The notes below the pieces were generated by a model that saw nothing but the letters and a program-made list of their open reading frames with translations, ran no database searches and was not told where the DNA came from. A stretch of DNA of 64,000 bases from an uncultured Bacteroidales bacterium (GTDB lineage: Bacteria; Bacteroidota; Bacteroidia; Bacteroidales; UBA3824), in assembly GCA_905234655.1 (NCBI GenBank), contig CAJOJG010000009.1:352-64351 (forward strand), in the 5' to 3' direction. Numbering within the stretch: the first letter of the stretch is position 1; every line of letters starts with the position of its first letter. Made by a program: the position numbers and the translations under genes. Positions 46,091-54,392 of this stretch are shown piece after piece.

Positions 46091-46816
46091 CTACAGCACC
46101 TTCTCCATGAAGTACCGTATCTGCGGACGCCACCAGCACCAGTCGTGGGCGACGTCATAGCCCCAGTAGTCGAACCATGCGGGGACACCGTGGTCACAGA
46201 GTATTGTGTCGAGGCGGCGGGTCGAGGCGAGGAGGTCGTCTTCCCAGTTGCCCTGGCCTACACTGACAATTATGCGGCGGTTGCGGTACTCGTTCCAATA
46301 ATAATGGTCGCGGGGCATCCATTTGAGGTAGTCCTCCGGCGAGTTTGAATACACAAGCTCATCGGTGTATGAACCGAAGAAATAACTTGCATGGTACAGA
46401 CCGCTCTGCGCAATCAATGTGTCGAAAATGTCGGGGCGGCGGAAGAAGAAATTTGCGGAATGGAAACCGCCCATCGAGCATCCCGTCGAGATCAGGTGGC
46501 CACGGTCGCCAATCTCGCTGACAAGCTCGTCACAAATGTAACGGTACCACCTCTCGTGCTGCTCAATCCTCTTGCGGCAGTCCCAACTGCCACTGCTCCA
46601 AGACTCCGGGTCGATACTGTCACAGCAAACAAGGCGCAGCCGGCCACTTTCAATAAATCCGGCAAGTTCGTTGACCATTCCAAAATTCTCATAGTCGAAA
46701 AACCTTCCGTTCTGTGACGGGAAAACAAGCGCGGTCTTGCCGCCATGGCCATAGACCTTGTACTCCATGTCGCGGCCAAGGTTGTGGCTGTAATGTTTTT
46801 TATATTCTACTTTCAT
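46091..46816 (-). CDS. Esterase-family alpha/beta hydrolase (esterase D / S-formylglutathione-hydrolase-type family), paralog A
   Basis: 241 aa with the nucleophile elbow GCSMGG. It is about 50% identical by eye to the product of 52266-53015. Confidence 0.7.
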   Translation of the reverse strand: MKVEYKKHYSHNLGRDMEYKVYGHGGKTALVFPSQNGRFFDYENFGMVNELAGFIESGRLRLVCCDSIDPESWSSGSWDCRKRIEQHERWYRYICDELVSEIGDRGHLISTGCSMGGFHSANFFFRRPDIFDTLIAQSGLYHASYFFGSYTDELVYSNSPEDYLKWMPRDHYYWNEYRNRRIIVSVGQGNWEDDLLASTRRLDTILCDHGVPAWFDYWGYDVAHDWCWWRPQIRYFMEKVL

Positions 46817-46858
46817 AATGGCTGCAAAAATACAACATTTTTACATTCCTACCAAAAA

Positions 46859-48094
46859 TTATCGTTTGTCGTGTACGAACTTCACAAACTCCTCCACGTC
46901 GGAATATTCGTCGAGTTTGACAGTGAACATCTGGTTGCCCATCGCGCCGGAGAGGATTTCGGGCATACGCTCGCACATCACCATCCTGTCGCCGTAACGC
47001 TGGCGCACCTCGTCGTCCGAATGTACATAGTCATACACGTCACGCCTTGACGCGAAGGCGCAATAATACTCCTGCCGCCACGGCAACGAGAGCGCATTGC
47101 GTCCGCTGTGCTGGTACGCGCTGGCTTCCTGCGACTTGTCGTAGCATACCATGTCCGCCCATATCTTGTACACGTCGGTCGAGTGGGCATAGTCAATCAT
47201 GTCGGGAGTGTAGCCGCCGGCGGGTCGCATGTTGACTTCCAAAGCCACAAAGTCGCCTACATTGCCGAGGCCATCGCGGTCGCTGTCAAGCCTGAAAAAC
47301 TCCAAGTGGACAAAACGGCTCCTCACATTGAACGCCTCGACTGTGCGGCGGCCGATGGAGCGTAAGGAATCCGGGATTGTCTTGTCGACATAATACGAGA
47401 GGTCGAGCCGCTTGTTCACAATGTCCATTATGGACGGCGGCCATACCGTCATCGACTCGAACAATGGCTGTCCAAGCGAATTGACAATCGCGTCATACGA
47501 GCAGATGTCGCCTGTGATGAACTCCTCGATGACATAGTTGTTGACCTCGGCGACGGTCTCGTAGAAGTTTGACAACTCCTCGTTGTTGTGGATTTTGTGG
47601 GTGCCGCCCGCGCCGACGCCGATGTCGGGTTTTGCGATAAGCGGATAGCCGACCGTCGCGGCAAAATCCACCGCCTTGAACAGTCCGTCGGCAGCCTTCA
47701 ACTGCCTGGCTGTGGGGATATTGCCGAGATGGTAGTATTTTTTCATCTCCGACTTCTCCTTTATGGCGGTGATTTCGTTGGACTGTAGTCCAGTGGTCAC
47801 ATGGAAGTCGGTGCGGAGACGTGCGTCCTGCTCGAGCCAGTATTCATTGTTAGACTCTATCCAGTCAATCTTTCCGTACTTAAAGGCGAAGAACGCCACC
47901 GCACGGTACACTTGGTCATAGTTCTCAAGGTTGTCGACCTTGTAATACTCTGTCAAGGAGTTGCGTACCTCGGGGCTGAGGGCTTCGTATGGCGCGTCGG
48001 CAATGCCGAGGGTATTGACGCCGTTCTTCTTCAGCCTGTCGCAAAATTCCCAGTACGTGTGGGGAAAATGCGGGGATATGAATATGAAGTTCAT
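46859..48094 (-). CDS. ATP-grasp carboxylate-amine ligase, paralog 1
   Basis: 411 aa. YPLIAKPDIGVGAGGTHKI and VIEEFI.G followed by a LEVNMRP.GGY..D motif (ATP-grasp core). It is about 45-50% identical by eye to the product of 50245-51456. Confidence 0.7.
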   Translation of the reverse strand: MNFIFISPHFPHTYWEFCDRLKKNGVNTLGIADAPYEALSPEVRNSLTEYYKVDNLENYDQVYRAVAFFAFKYGKIDWIESNNEYWLEQDARLRTDFHVTTGLQSNEITAIKEKSEMKKYYHLGNIPTARQLKAADGLFKAVDFAATVGYPLIAKPDIGVGAGGTHKIHNNEELSNFYETVAEVNNYVIEEFITGDICSYDAIVNSLGQPLFESMTVWPPSIMDIVNKRLDLSYYVDKTIPDSLRSIGRRTVEAFNVRSRFVHLEFFRLDSDRDGLGNVGDFVALEVNMRPAGGYTPDMIDYAHSTDVYKIWADMVCYDKSQEASAYQHSGRNALSLPWRQEYYCAFASRRDVYDYVHSDDEVRQRYGDRMVMCERMPEILSGAMGNQMFTVKLDEYSDVEEFVKFVHDKR

Positions 48095-48120
48095 TGATTA
48101 TGGGGTTTTTAATTATGTTA

Positions 48121-48900
48121 CTACAAGTATGAATAGTCAATGTTTTTGTACTCCCAGTCGCGCTCGGGGCTGATGTACTCGACAGTCGTATGGACACCGC
48201 GCGCGACGAGCTTGCCATTCTTATACGCCAAGAGCCGTCGGAAGTCCACTAAGTGCCACGTGCCGTCGTCTTCGAGCGGAAGCGTCGAGAAGATTATTGT
48301 CCCGTTGCTTAACTGCTTGTAATTCAATGTGTCGGCGTAATTGGAATGTACATACATGACCTCGTTGTCCCATATCAGGAGGTTGATTTTATTGTCGTGG
48401 CTCAGGTGGTAGACCAAGCCGTCGAGCAGTGTGAAACGCTCCTCGAATGTCAGTGGCCGACGAGCCGAAGATTGCGCCACGTCAATAGTGGCGACGATAT
48501 GGAACAGTATGCGCTCCGAATCCGTCTGACCTTCCTGATAGTCACGGTACTTCTCAAGCTCCGGCGAGTTGAAAATAGTGCCGTTGTGCGCCAAAGTCCA
48601 GCACCGGCCCATGTTGTCGTGCTTGATGAACGGGTGGCAGTTTTCGTATGACATGTTGCCGATTGTGGCGAGGCGTATATGGGCGATTGCGTTGTCGATG
48701 AGGACAGGATGCTGGAGCCGCTGCTTGAGGTAATGGCTTCCGTTAGCCTTTATCGCCTCCTTCTCGAGCGACACTGAGTCGCCGTAAAAACATGCCAACC
48801 CCCATCCGTAGTCGTGCTTCTCGCTGTGGCTGTAAAAAGTCTTTAGGTATTCGTTGATTCTTATTTTTTTGTCACTGTTAATTCCAAATAGTTCACACAT
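48121..48900 (-). CDS. Class II (Ntn, N-terminal Cys) glutamine-amidotransferase-like protein, YafJ/EgtC-like
   Basis: MCELFG start (Cys2 nucleophile), GWG, HIRLAT.G.....NCHPF and W.LAHNG.I. Confidence 0.7.
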   Translation of the reverse strand: MCELFGINSDKKIRINEYLKTFYSHSEKHDYGWGLACFYGDSVSLEKEAIKANGSHYLKQRLQHPVLIDNAIAHIRLATIGNMSYENCHPFIKHDNMGRCWTLAHNGTIFNSPELEKYRDYQEGQTDSERILFHIVATIDVAQSSARRPLTFEERFTLLDGLVYHLSHDNKINLLIWDNEVMYVHSNYADTLNYKQLSNGTIIFSTLPLEDDGTWHLVDFRRLLAYKNGKLVARGVHTTVEYISPERDWEYKNIDYSYL

Positions 48901-50212
48901 TTCTGTCTCTGTTTTTTATAGATTCTGCCAGGACTTTGTCGGCAAAACCGCCGGCATATTCGCGGCTAATAATGCGTGCGTAGTTGTAATGCTCCGGGTC
49001 TTCGACCTTCTTGCGCTGGTAGGCAAGAATCTCGTTGACACGCTCGGTCTGGCCGGTGTCGATGCGGGAGAAGAACCACTCGATGCCGTTCAGGAGCTCG
49101 GCCGTAGCGTCGGCGATGCTCAAGGCGCGGCCATTCGGGTACATGATTTTTGTGTTTGCGGTGTCGAAATGGGCGGCGGACTTGAAATTCTGAATAGACT
49201 GGACTTGTCCCTTAGCGTCGAGAGGCTCATGCTCGCGGCTCGCCAAGTATGCCAAAAGCAACTGCATGAACTTCACGTCGCGGTCGTCGATGCCATATTC
49301 CGCAAGCGGATTGAGGTCTATCGGACGGAGCTCAATGTGGTTGATGCCCGAAGCGCGCAGCGTCTCGAGCTTGTTCTTGCCCTTGGGTTTGAGCCTTATG
49401 GGGTAGTACAGCTCCGACGGCGCGCTGATAAGTCCATTCTTGACATAATGCTCAATGCTGTCGGCGTAGCGGTTGATGTCCGAATAGTCGAGCGTCGGCA
49501 CAAAAAAGTTCCAATACCCAAGCTCCGAACACCTTACCGACGACATTCCCGAAAACACGGTCTCGCCCACCCTGCCACTGTCGAAATACGAACCGTCCAA
49601 GAGCGGGCTTGCCGCCGTCAATGCCACAATCACCCAGCCATATTTAAGGCAATTCTCGGCGAGGTCGAGGTAAATTTTGTCACAATGTCTTTGATATTCA
49701 GGCGTTTCTTCGCCCTTCTCGATATGTATGCCGGTCTCCATCTCATAATTTGTGCGCAGCAGGCCGCCACGGAACGAATAGTTGAAATGGATGCCAGAAA
49801 ACGCCATCTTGTAGCGGCCATACTTGTTAGAGAGGTAGTGGCGGTAGGTCGTCTTGCTGGAACTGTCGCCATAAAACTGCGCGACCGGGATGTCGTCCTC
49901 GCCATAGATTCGCGGGGGATTGCTCGACATCCACAGGGCCTCCTTTTGCGGCGACTGAGAGAGCGTGCGCTCGATGCGGCGGTGATGGCCGGCGAGTTCG
50001 TCTATCGCCTGCCGTCCCATCGGGTATATCGACGTGTTAATCTCCACCTGATTTTCACAGAAATCCCTCACGATATGGCTGTCGTCGACATCGAATGGGT
50101 GCTTCGTATGGCTCAATCGTCCGTCCTCAGTGACTCTCAGCGTCTCGCGCTCGAGTCCGAAATTGCCCGAAAGCAACAACTTCGCTATGTGTTCGTTTTC
50201 GGTATGTAGCAT
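48893..50212 (-). CDS. GshA-type glutamate-cysteine ligase family protein
   Basis: GLERETLRV..DG.L....HP, DF.E.Q.E..T and AQFYG.S.....YR..L.N.YG......SGIHFNYSF align by eye with E. coli GshA blocks. The stop overlaps the next gene's start in ATGTGTGA (8 nt). Confidence 0.7.
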   Translation of the reverse strand: MLHTENEHIAKLLLSGNFGLERETLRVTEDGRLSHTKHPFDVDDSHIVRDFCENQVEINTSIYPMGRQAIDELAGHHRRIERTLSQSPQKEALWMSSNPPRIYGEDDIPVAQFYGDSSSKTTYRHYLSNKYGRYKMAFSGIHFNYSFRGGLLRTNYEMETGIHIEKGEETPEYQRHCDKIYLDLAENCLKYGWVIVALTAASPLLDGSYFDSGRVGETVFSGMSSVRCSELGYWNFFVPTLDYSDINRYADSIEHYVKNGLISAPSELYYPIRLKPKGKNKLETLRASGINHIELRPIDLNPLAEYGIDDRDVKFMQLLLAYLASREHEPLDAKGQVQSIQNFKSAAHFDTANTKIMYPNGRALSIADATAELLNGIEWFFSRIDTGQTERVNEILAYQRKKVEDPEHYNYARIISREYAGGFADKVLAESIKNRDRNV

Positions 50213-50244
50213 GATATTTTTATAGTGGTTTTGAGGTTTATACT

Positions 50245-51456
50245 CTATTCTTGGACAACCCTTTTAGCCAGTATGAAGTCGCCGTCCTCGATGAGCGTCT
50301 CCTTCGTGTCAGCCTTCAAGATGAACACCTGCGCGCCCATTCCGCCCGAAATGCTTGGCGGCGGTGTTTTTTCGAGCAAAATCCGGCTGCCGAAACGTTG
50401 CCTGATGTCGTCTGCGGTGTGCAGGTAGTCCACACCCGCGCCACGGCCATAGTGTGTGACGTAACGCTTGAAGCCATAGTCACGGAAACTCCTGTTCTCG
50501 TCATACACGATGCTCTCCGCCCAAATCTGGTAGACATCGACATCGTATGCGTAGTTCATCTTGTCCGGGATATAGCCGCCCGGCGCGCGCATATTGACTT
50601 CGAGACCCACAATATCGCCCTTTTTTCCAAGTCCGGGCTTGTCGCTGTCGAGCCTGAAAAACTCAAAATGGAAGAAAGTCTGCTTTGCCGAGAAAGCCTT
50701 CACAGCCCTCTCCCCTACCGCCAACAAGTCCGACTGCTGCATATTGCGGGTATAGCTGATATTCTCGCCGTCACCGTCGAGCATTGCGAGCGGCGTGTGC
50801 TTCATGACCTGGCCGGTGCAGAAAAGGATATTGCCCTTGCTGTCCGTTATTCCGTCAAAAGTCTCCACATGCCCCGGCACAAACTCCTCCATTATATAAG
50901 AGCGTCCGTCGCCCTCTATCTGTCGAAGGACATCGTCAAGCTGCCTGGCGGTCTCGATTTTGTACGTATGAGCCGCACCGACACCGTGGTCAGGCTTGAC
51001 AATCAGCGGAAAGCCGACCATCTTAGAGAACTTCAGCGCACGTGTCTTAGTGTCCAACAAAAGCCAGTGCGCGGTCTTTATTCCGCCTTTTTCGTAGGCG
51101 TGCTTCATCTCCGATTTTAGCAAGACAGTGCGGAGCTCGTCGGGCCTCAAGCCGTTGTGGACATTAAAATCCTCCCTCAGCCGCGCCTCCAAGGGCAGCC
51201 AATACTCGTTCTGAGATTCCACAAAGTCAATCTTACCGTACTTAAAGGTATAGAAAGCCGCCGCCCTCATGACCTGGTCGTAGTCTTCGAGCGAATGGAC
51301 ATAGTAATACTCTGTCAATGAGCATTTTACGCTATTATCCAGATTGTCGTATGGACAATCGCCGATGCCCAAGACATTACATCCAAGTCTCTTAAGCCTG
51401 TCGCAAAAGTTGAAAAAGTGCAACGGGAAATTGGGCGACAAAAATATGACATTCAT
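50245..51456 (-). CDS. ATP-grasp carboxylate-amine ligase, paralog 2
   Basis: 403 aa. FPLIVKPDHGVGAAHTYKI, IMEEFV.G and LEVNMRAPGGYIPD. Confidence 0.7.
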   Translation of the reverse strand: MNVIFLSPNFPLHFFNFCDRLKRLGCNVLGIGDCPYDNLDNSVKCSLTEYYYVHSLEDYDQVMRAAAFYTFKYGKIDFVESQNEYWLPLEARLREDFNVHNGLRPDELRTVLLKSEMKHAYEKGGIKTAHWLLLDTKTRALKFSKMVGFPLIVKPDHGVGAAHTYKIETARQLDDVLRQIEGDGRSYIMEEFVPGHVETFDGITDSKGNILFCTGQVMKHTPLAMLDGDGENISYTRNMQQSDLLAVGERAVKAFSAKQTFFHFEFFRLDSDKPGLGKKGDIVGLEVNMRAPGGYIPDKMNYAYDVDVYQIWAESIVYDENRSFRDYGFKRYVTHYGRGAGVDYLHTADDIRQRFGSRILLEKTPPPSISGGMGAQVFILKADTKETLIEDGDFILAKRVVQE

Positions 51457-51477
51457 GATTATGATAATGAAGCGAAA

Positions 51478-52227
51478 TCAGTTTTCCCACAAGAACCACA
51501 TCCAAGTCGGGACTTCGTGTTGCCAGCTTGCCTCGTTATGGTCGCCGCCCTCGTTCTTATAAAGGTACGTCTTCGCGCCTTTCTGCTGTACGAGCCACTC
51601 AATCTCGCGTATGCGGTTCTCGATGCCCCAGTTATGACGCTGCTCGACGCTGCCCCACGAGAAGAAGATGCGAGTGTCGAGGTTAAGCACGCCAGTGTTA
51701 ATCTCATACCTGAAAGCGTCCATCGCCGGAGCGATAGCCGGAGAAATCGCCGCCGACTTCGAGAATATGTGGTTAAAATGGATTGCGCCGTAGAGAGCCA
51801 TCATGCCGCCCATCGAATATCCGGCGATTGCAGTCGCCTCGCGGAACGGCACAGTGCGGTAATTATTGTCGATATGCGGCTTGAGGGAATCCTCAATCCA
51901 TTTGAAAGTCTGGTAGCCAGTGCCGGGTATGTGTCCGTAGTAACTGCTGTCGAGTTCATACGGGCAATACTCGCACACACGCTTCCAGTCGTCGTGGGCA
52001 CATTCCATGCCGACGACAATGATTTTTTTCCAATAATGGTCAAGGAACTCCTTAAGACCCAACGACTTGCCGAATGTAGCGTCGCCGTCGAAGAAGAGGT
52101 TATGGCCGTCGAACATATACAATACTGCATACCGCTCGTCGGTGTTGTAGTACTCGTCAGGCAGATAGAGGTGAATCCTGCGGTTCTCTCCCGCCGCGCC
52201 GTACCAAAAATCGAATTTTTCTACCAT
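51478..52227 (-). CDS. Esterase-family alpha/beta hydrolase, type B
   Basis: R.HLYLP..Y......Y.VLYMFDG.N.F, GYSMGG and a C-terminal His region. It is distinct from the other two esterases. Confidence 0.7.
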   Translation of the reverse strand: MVEKFDFWYGAAGENRRIHLYLPDEYYNTDERYAVLYMFDGHNLFFDGDATFGKSLGLKEFLDHYWKKIIVVGMECAHDDWKRVCEYCPYELDSSYYGHIPGTGYQTFKWIEDSLKPHIDNNYRTVPFREATAIAGYSMGGMMALYGAIHFNHIFSKSAAISPAIAPAMDAFRYEINTGVLNLDTRIFFSWGSVEQRHNWGIENRIREIEWLVQQKGAKTYLYKNEGGDHNEASWQHEVPTWMWFLWEN

Positions 52228-52265
52228 GTTTGATTATATTAATTACCTTTGTTAAGTTCACAATG

Positions 52266-53015
52266 TTAAGCCGCCTTCCTGATGTCGTTATCGGCAATCT
52301 TGCCAAAGAAATACGCCGCCTGCCGACGCCACCAGTAGAAGTCATGGCTCACGTCCTTGCCCCAGAAGTCGAACCAAGTGTCGAGCCCGAACTTTTCGAC
52401 GACATTCCTGAGCCTTGCCGTGGAGTTGCCGGTGACCCTCTCGTAGTTGCCCTGACCGCAGCAGAAAACCAAGGGCTTGTTCCTGTATTTCTCAGCGATA
52501 AGGCTGTTCTCGCTCATTCCAGCGAGGAAGTCGAGCGGCGAGTTGCGGTATATCAGCTCGTTGTCGTACCCTGGGAAGAAATAGTCGGCGTGGAACAGTC
52601 CACTGAGCGACACAATCCCGTCGAACAGGTCGGGACGGCGGAAGAAGAAATTTCCCGCGTGGTAGCCGCCCATGCTGCATCCTGCGACTATCAACTGCTC
52701 GCCACGGCTTACCTCGGGGACAAGCTCGCTGACGATATAGTTGAACCACTGCTCGTGCCTGCGGATACGTGCGTCATAATCGCCGCCGGTAAGGCTCCAC
52801 GTCTCGACATCGATGCTGTCACAACAAATCAGACGGAACTCACCAGCCTCAATCATCGGGGCCATGACATCGATCATACCGTTGTCCTCCCACTCGTAAA
52901 ATCTCTGATCCTGCGACGGGAACACCAATACGCCACGGCCGCTTTCGCCGTATGTCTTGTACTCAACCTCCCTTTCGAGATTGACGCTCCATTTCTTGTG
53001 ATATTCTATCTTCAT
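52266..53015 (-). CDS. Esterase-family alpha/beta hydrolase, paralog A'
   Basis: 249 aa with GCSMGG. It is collinear with 46091-46816 and is the first gene of the operon. Confidence 0.7.
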   Translation of the reverse strand: MKIEYHKKWSVNLEREVEYKTYGESGRGVLVFPSQDQRFYEWEDNGMIDVMAPMIEAGEFRLICCDSIDVETWSLTGGDYDARIRRHEQWFNYIVSELVPEVSRGEQLIVAGCSMGGYHAGNFFFRRPDLFDGIVSLSGLFHADYFFPGYDNELIYRNSPLDFLAGMSENSLIAEKYRNKPLVFCCGQGNYERVTGNSTARLRNVVEKFGLDTWFDFWGKDVSHDFYWWRRQAAYFFGKIADNDIRKAA

Positions 53016-53045
53016 TGTCTTACAGTTTTAAATTGGTTTACACTG

Positions 53046-53053
53046 CAAATTTC
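53046..53053 (-). promoter_or_regulatory. Near-consensus -7 box GAAATTTG for the seven-gene operon
   Basis: Reverse complement of CAAATTTC, located 31 nt upstream of the ATG at 53015. It has one mismatch to TAnnTTTG. Confidence 0.3.
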
Positions 53054-53379
53054 GACATTCTACATATTCTATCCAAGGAAACAGAAACAAATGGTCAATT
53101 TTTCTACAAGAACGTCGCGCAATGGAATTATATTCGCCACACTCGCTTTATATGCGACATTCGCCGAATAGTTTTCCAAAACGCTGCGCAAAATTAACGA
53201 GTGGATTTTTCAATCGGCAACGAAAATAATGCGGTTTTTCAACTTTATAAGTGACATTTTTCACTTTTCAGAATCATACAGCGATCCACACGACAAAACG
53301 AAATAATGCCAAGTAATAAAAAAGGTTAAAAACGACCTCATGCGACTCCGTCAATATTGGAAATTAAAGTCAGATTCAA

Positions 53380-53387
53380 TAACTTTG
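53380..53387 (+). promoter_or_regulatory. -7 promoter box TAACTTTG
   Basis: TAnnTTTG match 24 nt upstream of the ATG at 53411. Confidence 0.4.
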
Positions 53388-53410
53388 CACGAAACATCAT
53401 CAGACAAAAC

Positions 53411-54265
53411 ATGACAATAATCGAAAACAAAGAATACGAGGGCGAGCGTCCTCTTTATTGCACGAGCGACCTGATTCTCCACAATGTAACCATCCACGCG
53501 GGCGAATCGGCGTTGAAGGAGACCCGCAACATCACCGCCGAAAACTGCACTTTCGAGGGCAAATATCCGTTTTGGATTACCGACGGCTTCAATGTCCGCA
53601 ACTGCACTTTCAGCCCCGGCGCACGTGCCGCCCTGTGGTATTCCAACGACCTCGTGATGACCGACACGATAATCGAGGCTCCAAAAATGTTCCGCGACAG
53701 CCGCCGCCTGTGCCTCCAAAACGTCCAAATCCCGGAGGCGCAGGAGACTTTTTGGCACTGCGACGACATCACCATCGAAAACGTGCAGGCGGACAATGCG
53801 CCGTACATCTTCATGCACTGCAACAATCTGAAAATCAACAACTACACCCAAAACGGCAACTACTCGTTCCAATACTGCAAAAACGTGGAAATCCGAAACT
53901 CGAAGATTTACTCCAAGGACGCATTTTGGAACAGCGAGAACGTTACGGTATATGATTCTGAAATCATCGGCGAATACCTCGCGTGGCACAGCAAAAACGT
54001 CCGCCTCGTCAACTGTCTGATTGGCGAGACGCAGCCATTGTGCTACTGCGACGGCCTCGTCCTCGAAAACTGCCGCCTGCGCGACGACGCAGACCTGGCT
54101 TTTGAATATTCGGACGTCAACGCCACAATCACCGGCCACGTCCCGAGCATCAAAAACCCGCGCACCGGCCACATCAAGGCTGATACCGTCGGCGAAATCA
54201 TCATCGACCAAAACATCAAGCCGCCCGCCGACTGCGTGATTCAATGCATAATGCACAATGCATAA
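53411..54265 (+). CDS. Right-handed beta-helix repeat protein (DUF3737-like)
   Basis: Repeated short coils (NVTIH.GES.LKE..NI...NC.F.GKYP.W......V.NC.F). The start was set at MTIIENKEY. The C-terminal CIMHNA* is encoded by the heptamer repeat element. Confidence 0.6.
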   Translation: MTIIENKEYEGERPLYCTSDLILHNVTIHAGESALKETRNITAENCTFEGKYPFWITDGFNVRNCTFSPGARAALWYSNDLVMTDTIIEAPKMFRDSRRLCLQNVQIPEAQETFWHCDDITIENVQADNAPYIFMHCNNLKINNYTQNGNYSFQYCKNVEIRNSKIYSKDAFWNSENVTVYDSEIIGEYLAWHSKNVRLVNCLIGETQPLCYCDGLVLENCRLRDDADLAFEYSDVNATITGHVPSIKNPRTGHIKADTVGEIIIDQNIKPPADCVIQCIMHNA

Positions 54266-54291
54266 TGCATAATTGGGCATCCGCCGGAAGC
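54243..54291. repeat. Heptamer-palindrome element, half copy
   Basis: AATGCATAATGCACAATGCATAATGCATAATTGGGCATCCGCCGGAAGC. It contains the stop codon of the beta-helix gene. Confidence 0.8.
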
Positions 54292-54320
54292 AAATAAGAA
54301 TTGTTATTGAAAAAAATCTC

Positions 54321-54384
54321 ATAATGCACAATGCAAGCATCAGCCGAATGGCAATTATGAATTATGCATTATGAATTATGCATT
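54321..54384. repeat. Heptamer-palindrome element, full hairpin copy
   Basis: The sequence is ATAATGCACAATGCA-AGCATCAGCCGAATGG-CAATTATGAATTATGCATTATGAATTATGCATT. It ends 8 nt before the ATG at 54393. Confidence 0.8.
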
Positions 54385-54392
54385 GAAAAAAA

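Noticed and set aside
48854-50209. 451-aa plus-strand ORF. Related plus-strand ORFs are at 50251-51120, 51418-52233 and 52230-53171.
   Set aside because: All are antisense shadows of the seven-gene minus-strand operon. They have no start-site context or motifs, and they overlap the real genes almost end to end.
53016-53356. A 340-bp divergent intergenic region with a 60-aa ORF (53015-53197) and scattered short direct repeats (ATTCGCC, TATAT), considered as an sRNA or riboswitch
   Set aside because: I could not identify a convincing conserved fold, terminator or known riboswitch core by eye, and the small ORF has no supporting signals. It is probably just promoter or regulatory space for the two divergent units.
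53351-54340. 329-aa minus-strand ORF beginning in the repeat element (MLALCIMRFF...)
   Set aside because: It is antisense to the beta-helix gene. Its apparent N-terminus is only the translated heptamer repeat.
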